Source: a virus (taxonomy: Duplodnaviria; Caudoviricetes). From it: 64,000 bases of DNA. A program made the position numbers and the translations under genes. The stretch lies in the IMG/VR virus record IMGVR_UViG_2511231106_000004, positions 47,356 through 111,355 of that record. One strand, 5' to 3'. The notes under the pieces were generated by a model that was given only the letters and a program-made list of their open reading frames with translations, searched no databases and was not told the origin of the DNA. This document shows positions 9,231-15,935 of this stretch, piece by piece (the stretch's first letter is position 1; each line of letters opens with the position of its first letter).

Positions 9231-10005
9231 GCCCCTTTTCGATAAGCGGATAGTTGCCTTCGGACGTCATCAGCTGATAAATAAACAGTCGTCCCTTCTG
9301 GGTCCAGTACATATAAGTGCGGTTATGGGGAATGCCATAGCTATCGGGAACACTGTATGTCTTGGTGCTGGTGTACCCCATGGGAGCGTATTTCTGGTAG
9401 AGCAGCCATATTTTTCCCTGCTTGTACTGGATTCCGTGTTCATGGAGCCAGTTATTCATATGCCGGGCAGACCATCCATAATCCTTTGCAATGACCGAAG
9501 TCGGAACCAGATCTTTGCATTGAAGGACCAGATCGTAGTAGCTTGCCTTCGGCTGGAGCTCTGCGATCTGCTGCTTCTGAGCAGCTGCCAAAAGTTCCAT
9601 GGATTCACGCCGTTCCCGTTCTTCCTTGAGCTTAGTAAAGACTGCAATGGCAAGGTCCGGATTATCAAGGATAGCTTCCGTTGCATACAGACCGGATTGG
9701 CGGATAGAAGGAATGACTTTGTGTGTTACCCATCTTTTAAATGCCCTGGCTTCAGGTTTCCGGCTGCTGAGAATCAGGGTGTAGAGTCCCGGCTCATTCA
9801 CAACACGTTTTTCCGGATTGCCAGGAATACCCTCGGTTAAAACTAGGGTATTCTTTTCATCGTCATCCAGCCTCGAAAGAGCATCGCTGGGGTTGGCAAT
9901 ACCAAGGATGCGGCACACATCGGCGGCCACGAACCATGGCTCTCCGTTCACAACAGCTGTCCGCACATCCATCCCGTTATAAATGAAGTCTTTTGTTGTA
10001 GTCAT
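9208..10005 (-). CDS. Phage antirepressor, BRO-N plus KilAC/ANT
   Basis: EPWFVAADVCRIL, VNEPGLY, FKRWVT, QPKASYYD, WTQKGRLFIY. Confidence 0.9.
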   Translation of the reverse strand: MTTTKDFIYNGMDVRTAVVNGEPWFVAADVCRILGIANPSDALSRLDDDEKNTLVLTEGIPGNPEKRVVNEPGLYTLILSSRKPEARAFKRWVTHKVIPSIRQSGLYATEAILDNPDLAIAVFTKLKEERERRESMELLAAAQKQQIAELQPKASYYDLVLQCKDLVPTSVIAKDYGWSARHMNNWLHEHGIQYKQGKIWLLYQKYAPMGYTSTKTYSVPDSYGIPHNRTYMYWTQKGRLFIYQLMTSEGNYPLIEKGRGDSGEI

Positions 10006-10068
10006 TTTGATGACCTCCTTGAAAGTAAGTTTGGAATTGTTTTCCTATTCATTAGCCAGGAGAACCCG

Positions 10069-10692
10069 TCAAATCTGACGGTTTCCAAAAAATTCCTGTA
10101 ATTTTTTCTTTGCTCGCTTCAGCTTCTGGGTGATATTGTTTTCATTGGCACCTGTTCTGGCAGCATATGCCCGGACGGATTCTCCATCGATATAGACAGC
10201 AATGACAGCTTCTGCCCATTCCGTTTTCTTGGCCAATGCGATCCTGATGGTTTGCTTGGTCTCTTCATCGCTGGCTTCGCGATCCCGTTCCACTTCATCC
10301 CGGCTCACAAGACTCATATCCGGCATTGCCTTTCCATTCCGTTTGCATCCGCTCCCAGCAACTGCACAACCGCAGGTATCAGGAGCATCTTCGATGGGAT
10401 TCGCCAAGCTGATATCTTCTTCATCCCTTCCCTGATAATTCGGGAACTCACTTCTTCTGCGGTGCTCCCTGTGCCAATCATTGTAGAGGGGTTTGTTGAA
10501 GTCTTCGTTCATGATTTCCTGGGCACTGCGCCGGGTAACTTTTTCCCCTTCCTTTGCCGCCTGTTTTCTCAGTTCGTAATCCCGCTCGATCATGATCTGA
10601 CAGTCACCTTCAGGGACTTCCACTACCGTGACCACTGGTGCTTTCGATTCATCCCAACTGTAGTGTTTGACTCTGATTTTCATTTTTGGCAT
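10069..10692 (-). CDS. Sigma-70 region 4-like transcription factor
   Basis: C-terminal HTH (GESVRAYAARTGANENNITQKLKRAKKKL); first gene of early operon, same slot as 62605..63105; start at 10692 or 10683. Confidence 0.65.
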   Translation of the reverse strand: MPKMKIRVKHYSWDESKAPVVTVVEVPEGDCQIMIERDYELRKQAAKEGEKVTRRSAQEIMNEDFNKPLYNDWHREHRRRSEFPNYQGRDEEDISLANPIEDAPDTCGCAVAGSGCKRNGKAMPDMSLVSRDEVERDREASDEETKQTIRIALAKKTEWAEAVIAVYIDGESVRAYAARTGANENNITQKLKRAKKKLQEFFGNRQI

Positions 10693-10864
10693 CCTTTCCG
10701 TCCGTGCCAGAGGACGAAGGGATGCCAAAAAGACCTGCAGGGAATGTCCCCACAGGTCCCAAACGGCCAAAATGGCGCACGGAAACAAACGGTGGGGGCA
10801 TTTCCATTCCTGCCCACCGCATCACTGCGGTGATCCAGAACTGTCTATGCATCCCATCGTCCTC
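10683..10864 (-). promoter_or_regulatory. Structured 5' leader: RBS-sequestering hairpin plus competing upstream strand
   Basis: Hairpin 10683-10731 covers GAAAGG and ATG; 10849-10864 is 15/16 complementary to its 5' arm (10710-10725). Confidence 0.6.
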
Positions 10865-11241
10865 ATGCGCATCTCGGACAACAGAGATTTTTTTCGAGTG
10901 CCTGAGCACTCATATGGAAGCAGGACTGCCTGCTGCCGTATCAATGTTCAGACTATCCGTCCAGCTTTTGGAATACCCGCTTGCTGGTCGGTCATAATGA
11001 AATCGAACTTACTGATTGCAGATTATATTTCTGCATTTGCGGTATTCAGATTCACAGCCACACAGAAAATTCCACACATGCATGGTATAATGTTAGAAAA
11101 CCAGTAGTCACACTTCCTTCCACCTCCCGTCTTCAATTTCTGATTTCATCCTATTCTTGATAAGGTTACTGTCAATCCGTAGTCCGGGTGGTTAAGGTTA
11201 CTAACGATACTTAAGCTTACTTTTTTTCAGGAGGTACTGTT

Positions 11242-12633
11242 ATGCCCTCACAAAACAACTTCCACGTTCCCCATTTATGCGGTGGTATCCTGTTCAATCT
11301 TTTACTGGAAACAAGAAAAACACGCGGAAAAATCCGTGACAGGGCACATGGCGGAACAGACGGTCTTTCTGATTTGGATGTATATATAGGACTTGTAAAT
11401 GTTGTAGCTGGCAATGACTGGAAAGATGTTGACGGGACAACAAAAAATAAATGTGTATCTAACTATAAAAGGTGCGTGGACAGCACAGGTTCATATGTTC
11501 CTTTTACTGATGAGGTTTTTAGGAAAGCCTTCGATTCGGAATACAATAAAAAAAGCCCTGCCCTCCTTGAAAGGATGGCAAGGTTCATAGAACAGTATTT
11601 GAGTCTTGAAAAGTGCAAGTGGCTTGGCAAAGCATTGATTGAAATCATGCAAAAAGACCCTTCAATCAATGATGATGCCGAAATTGCTGTAGACTTTGGA
11701 CAAAATATTTCTGTAAAAAAACTGCATGAGGCAAAGAACATTCACTTTTTGCCTTTTTTCCTAAGCGTACTGCATTACGTAATCGATAATTGCCCTGACT
11801 GCGAATCCGGGCGGTCCACCTTTGAAACCTGGTATTGCCAAGTTGGTCCGAAAGCGCCATGGAAACCCAAACATGATGTACTCAGTAAACTCGGTGGCAC
11901 CATCGGCGATATGGAAGTGTCAGTGAATCTGGAAGTTCAGAAAGCCATTACGATAAAAGATGCAGAACATAGAAATTCCGAGAGTACATCTTCTGCAGAT
12001 GAATGCTCATCGGAAAAGCCAGATAAAAATAATGATATTCTTTCATCCGAATCCCCGCTTTCCAACCGTGATACCACTCTTTTACCCCGGCTGGCGAAGG
12101 GATTCAACAAAATATTGAAGTTTGCCAAAGACACGGACCTCAGTATAGAACGTATGCCTTCCGAAATTCTGAATACCTTTGAGACCCTGTATAATGAATG
12201 GAAGGATCAAGACACGGACTTTAAAGATCCGGAACTGAATAAATTGAAATATGACATTCTAAATACATTGTATTGGTATATCAACTTCTGGGGAACTCAT
12301 CTTTGGCTCAACGATGATTCTGATTGCTTTGTCCACCTAAAAAATACGTACAAAGATTCCTGGAAAAAAGAAGGAGAACTTCGTCAGCAGGCCATGAAGG
12401 ACAGAGAAGCTTTCACCCGTCTGCATGAAAGGCTTTGTCGGTATATCATAGACTTTGATATCGATCTAAACAAAACTGAACCAGTTGAAGCCAAGGTCGT
12501 AGAAGAAACGCCGCCTCTGGAAAATAATCAAGGCGGCAGCCGGACTACAATTATCGAGCACCAGACCAATATCGGCCACAGTGTGTCAAAGACATATAAC
12601 ATAAAGGACAGCACTGTCACATTTAATGATTAA
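11242..12633 (+). CDS. Uncharacterised 463 aa protein with C-terminal amyloid-like motif
   Basis: GGAGG RBS, long low-GC ORF; ends QTNIGHSVSKTYNIKDSTVTFND. Confidence 0.85.
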   Translation: MPSQNNFHVPHLCGGILFNLLLETRKTRGKIRDRAHGGTDGLSDLDVYIGLVNVVAGNDWKDVDGTTKNKCVSNYKRCVDSTGSYVPFTDEVFRKAFDSEYNKKSPALLERMARFIEQYLSLEKCKWLGKALIEIMQKDPSINDDAEIAVDFGQNISVKKLHEAKNIHFLPFFLSVLHYVIDNCPDCESGRSTFETWYCQVGPKAPWKPKHDVLSKLGGTIGDMEVSVNLEVQKAITIKDAEHRNSESTSSADECSSEKPDKNNDILSSESPLSNRDTTLLPRLAKGFNKILKFAKDTDLSIERMPSEILNTFETLYNEWKDQDTDFKDPELNKLKYDILNTLYWYINFWGTHLWLNDDSDCFVHLKNTYKDSWKKEGELRQQAMKDREAFTRLHERLCRYIIDFDIDLNKTEPVEAKVVEETPPLENNQGGSRTTIIEHQTNIGHSVSKTYNIKDSTVTFND

Positions 12634-12646
12634 GGAGAAACAATGT

Positions 12647-13297
12647 ATGAAGAATTTAACAGCTCCTGGCCCACATCAAGTGCGGCCGATAGCCCAAACG
12701 AATATAGGGAATCAGGTCATAAAGACATACAACATTCAGGACAGCAACGTTAACATCTATAATACGTTTCCACCTAACCAAGGGAATCCATATAGTGCAG
12801 CCCAAATGATTGCACTCAATAATTTCAGCAAAGAATATTATCAGCTCCTCGTTACCTGTGAAACAGATGTCTTTGAAAATAATAACGCCACATTTCCCTT
12901 AGACCGTGCGTTAAGTCAAAGGTATGTTCCGGAAGAAATATTAACCCGTTGTTCGTCTTTGTCAGAAGAAGGGATTGCCGAACTGAAGACCTTTCCGGCC
13001 ATTGTCTGTATGGAAAACACAGGGTTCAATGGAATTACAGATCCTAATCAAACCGCGATATTCGCATATATAACACGAGTAAAAATGGAAGGCTACCAAG
13101 TTAGAGTGGCGTTCCAGCCCATTGCACCATTCCATCAAAAAATACTTTGTGAACAGAAATATGCTATTTATTTCGACTTGAACATGAGTTGTGCCATTAC
13201 GGATTTGAATCGCACTGCCTGGTCTATCCATAAAGTGAATCTTTTTGAAGCTTTCAATGAGTCTGGACTGGGATATCTCCCGCACCCTTCTATTTAA
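12647..13297 (+). CDS. Uncharacterised 216 aa protein with N-terminal amyloid-like motif
   Basis: AAGGAG 9 nt before ATG 12647; residues 17-39 QTNIGNQVIKTYNIQDSNVNIYN. Confidence 0.85.
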   Translation: MKNLTAPGPHQVRPIAQTNIGNQVIKTYNIQDSNVNIYNTFPPNQGNPYSAAQMIALNNFSKEYYQLLVTCETDVFENNNATFPLDRALSQRYVPEEILTRCSSLSEEGIAELKTFPAIVCMENTGFNGITDPNQTAIFAYITRVKMEGYQVRVAFQPIAPFHQKILCEQKYAIYFDLNMSCAITDLNRTAWSIHKVNLFEAFNESGLGYLPHPSI

Positions 13298-13309
13298 AGG
13301 TGACTGTCT

Positions 13310-15661
13310 ATGAACAGAAAATATCCAAGCGAAATAACAGAAATTAGAGTGGATGATGCAACCTTTAAAAATACAGGCACTGTCATCACCCCCACCTATA
13401 TCAACTACTTTTTCGGAAACAACGGCACGGGAAAATCCACTATTGCCAAAGCAATCCAATCTGGAACTGGCATCAAGTATGCTCCAGGAAGATCTGCCAC
13501 AGACTACCAGGTATTGGTTTTCAACCAAGAATATATCAATCGAAATATGCAGAACTTCCATAACCTTCCAGGTGTTTTTACGATGGCCGAGGAGAATGCA
13601 GAAATCCAGGACAAGATTGATGAGGCTGCAGAGCAGCTGGCTGATGCACAGGAAAAAGTATCAGATGCCACGGATGAAAAAGAAAAATTAATTAAAATAA
13701 AAAAAGAAATCTGTACAAAGTTCTACGATGAAATCTGGCGGCGGACTGGAAAACTGCGTAAAACATTTCCAGGCACACAGGCTGGATACCTCAAATCAAA
13801 GGCTAATTTAGCCGACAAAGTAAAACTGTGTTCACCCAGCGAATATGATTTGGATGATCTTAAACGGATGTATGATTCTGCCTACTCTTCTACAGCACAG
13901 AGCTATCCTCGCTTTAATACAATTAGCGATACTACTGTGCTTGACAGCATTGAAGGCAGCGAAATTCTATCTGTTGCAATTGTCAATTCCTCAGATACCC
14001 AACTTGCAAAATTTTGGAAGAAAATCAAGGCTTCCGAATGGGTGCGTCAAGGCCATTCTGCATATCATGGCAAAACCGATGGGAAATGCCCTTTTTGTTC
14101 ACAGCCTTTGCCTTCAGAATTTGAAAAATTCTTGACAGACAGTTTTGATGACCAATACGAGAAGAACCTTACAAAGCTATCAGCATTCCTTGAAGATTAC
14201 AGAAACACAGCCAACGCTTTATTTATGCCTTTGTCAAAACTTCCAGAACCGCTATATCCTGTCCTTGATGAAAAACCCTACAAGGATAAACTGGAAGCCC
14301 TAAGAGGTATTATTTCTACAAACATAAACCGGATAAAAGAAAAAATAGCCGAACCTTCTAAATCTATTAAATTGGATAATACCGCACCACTACTACAAGA
14401 ACTCCAAAAAATGATTACAGATTATAATAAACTAATTTCTGATAACAACATGGTAGTTGCTGATGCCCCTAAGAAAAAAGAAGAATGCAAAGAAAAAGTC
14501 TTTTCTTTCATGTCCTTCATAACAAATGAAACAATCAAGGCTTTCAACAAAAGTATCTCTGACATTAATAAACAGCTAAACAAGCAACAGGAAATCATTG
14601 ATACTCAGACAGAGCAAGGTGCGGATATCAGAGAAGAAATCCGTGTTCTAAACAGCCAGACAAAAGAAACTGAGTCCGCCATGAACAACATAAACCTTAT
14701 GCTGAAAGATGCCGGATTCCAGGGATTTAAAGTCTGTCCCCACTGGGAAGAAAGAAGAAATCCGGATGGTTCTGTAAAACGAGTGATTCCTTCGCCGATT
14801 CGTAACTATGCTGTAGTCCGTACCGATACCGAAACAGGAGAAGAAGAAATTGCACATGACCTTAGTGAAGGAGAAAAGAATTTCATCGCCTTCCTGTATT
14901 TCCAGCAAACTGTATTCGGGAGCACTGACGCAGACAGCGATTCTCTGCAAAAAATAGTTGTTATTGATGACCCCGTTTCCAGCATGGACAGTGGTACGCT
15001 TTTTATTGTAAGTGCTCAAATCCGTAAGATGATCCATATTTGCCGAAACAATGTTGACAACCGGCAACCGGCAGCAGATGGAAATTTCATCAAGCAGATT
15101 TTCATTCTTACCCATAATGCTTATTTCCATCGAGAGGTAAGTTACCTTTATGCCCGACAGTGGAACTTTGTATCTTTTTACCTGGTCCGCAAAATCAACA
15201 ATAAATCTTCCGTCCAGTTGTTTGAAAAGCAGAACCCCGACTGCCCTACCAAAATGATGAATGTCAATCCCGTCAAGAACTCCTACGCTGCCCTTTGGGA
15301 ATCTTATAAGGAAGTCCGGAGCGGTATCCCGTTAAAGAGCACCATCCGCAGGATTTTAGAATATTATTTCCTGCAATTATGCGGCTATGAAGGAGACGAT
15401 TTGAGAAAACGTATCCTGGAAGACCATAAGAACAACTTTCTATATGACGAAAATGGCCATGAAACTCCAGAACGATACGAGATGGCTAAGGTCCTTCTGT
15501 CTTACATCATCTCCGATAATTCCAGCGTGAATGATGGAATCAACTACACGGACGATTTCCTCGATGAACAGCTTTACAGGGATACATTTAAAATGATTTT
15601 CAAATACATGAATCAGGAACAGCACTTCAATATGATGATGGGTAACGAACAAGGAGAATAA
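13310..15661 (+). CDS. RloC-like (AAA_13) ABC/SMC-type ATPase with zinc hook
   Basis: Walker A GNNGTGKS, coiled coils, CPFC, signature LSEGEK, Walker B IVVIDDPVSSMD, H-loop LTHN, IRRILEYYF. Confidence 0.85.
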   Translation: MNRKYPSEITEIRVDDATFKNTGTVITPTYINYFFGNNGTGKSTIAKAIQSGTGIKYAPGRSATDYQVLVFNQEYINRNMQNFHNLPGVFTMAEENAEIQDKIDEAAEQLADAQEKVSDATDEKEKLIKIKKEICTKFYDEIWRRTGKLRKTFPGTQAGYLKSKANLADKVKLCSPSEYDLDDLKRMYDSAYSSTAQSYPRFNTISDTTVLDSIEGSEILSVAIVNSSDTQLAKFWKKIKASEWVRQGHSAYHGKTDGKCPFCSQPLPSEFEKFLTDSFDDQYEKNLTKLSAFLEDYRNTANALFMPLSKLPEPLYPVLDEKPYKDKLEALRGIISTNINRIKEKIAEPSKSIKLDNTAPLLQELQKMITDYNKLISDNNMVVADAPKKKEECKEKVFSFMSFITNETIKAFNKSISDINKQLNKQQEIIDTQTEQGADIREEIRVLNSQTKETESAMNNINLMLKDAGFQGFKVCPHWEERRNPDGSVKRVIPSPIRNYAVVRTDTETGEEEIAHDLSEGEKNFIAFLYFQQTVFGSTDADSDSLQKIVVIDDPVSSMDSGTLFIVSAQIRKMIHICRNNVDNRQPAADGNFIKQIFILTHNAYFHREVSYLYARQWNFVSFYLVRKINNKSSVQLFEKQNPDCPTKMMNVNPVKNSYAALWESYKEVRSGIPLKSTIRRILEYYFLQLCGYEGDDLRKRILEDHKNNFLYDENGHETPERYEMAKVLLSYIISDNSSVNDGINYTDDFLDEQLYRDTFKMIFKYMNQEQHFNMMMGNEQGE

Positions 15662-15665
15662 TGAA

Positions 15666-15869
15666 ATGCGTATCAGCTACAATAAACTATGGAAGTTGTT
15701 GATTGACAAAAATATGACCAAGATGGAATTAAAGGAAGCAGCCGGAGTAAGTTCCGCTTCGATTGCAAAGCTCGGCAAAGGTGCCAATATTACAACCGAT
15801 GTCCTGCTTAAAATCTGCGAGGCCCTTCATTGCCGTGTAGAAGATATTATCGAAACGATCAATGATTAA
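15666..15869 (+). CDS. Xre/Cro-C1 HTH protein (67 aa)
   Basis: ISYNKLWKLLIDK, GVSSASIAKL, ICEALHC. Confidence 0.9.
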   Translation: MRISYNKLWKLLIDKNMTKMELKEAAGVSSASIAKLGKGANITTDVLLKICEALHCRVEDIIETIND

Positions 15870-15870
15870 A

Positions 15871-15915
15871 AAAAGGACTCCATGTAAACTGATATAGTCT
15901 GCATGGAGTCCTTTT
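15871..15915. terminator. Bidirectional intrinsic terminator
   Basis: AAAAGGACTCCATG..CATGGAGTCCTTTT between convergent genes. Confidence 0.85.
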
Positions 15916-15935
15916 CTCACATAAACCATGAACGA

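Larger units (their letters stand above)
1..15915 (-). mobile_element. Prophage-like element A (partial, continues past left edge; right boundary uncertain, about 15.9-16.15 kb)
   Basis: Co-oriented run sigma-like, antirepressor, primase, VRR-NUC, SNF2, HNH, TerS, MTase, paralogous and largely syntenic to element B; no att site identified. Confidence 0.8.

Noticed and set aside
12562-12763. Shared motif as a trivial recent DNA duplication
   Set aside because: Differences at conserved residues are synonymous (8 of 14 codons), which fits protein-level constraint; kept as a finding instead
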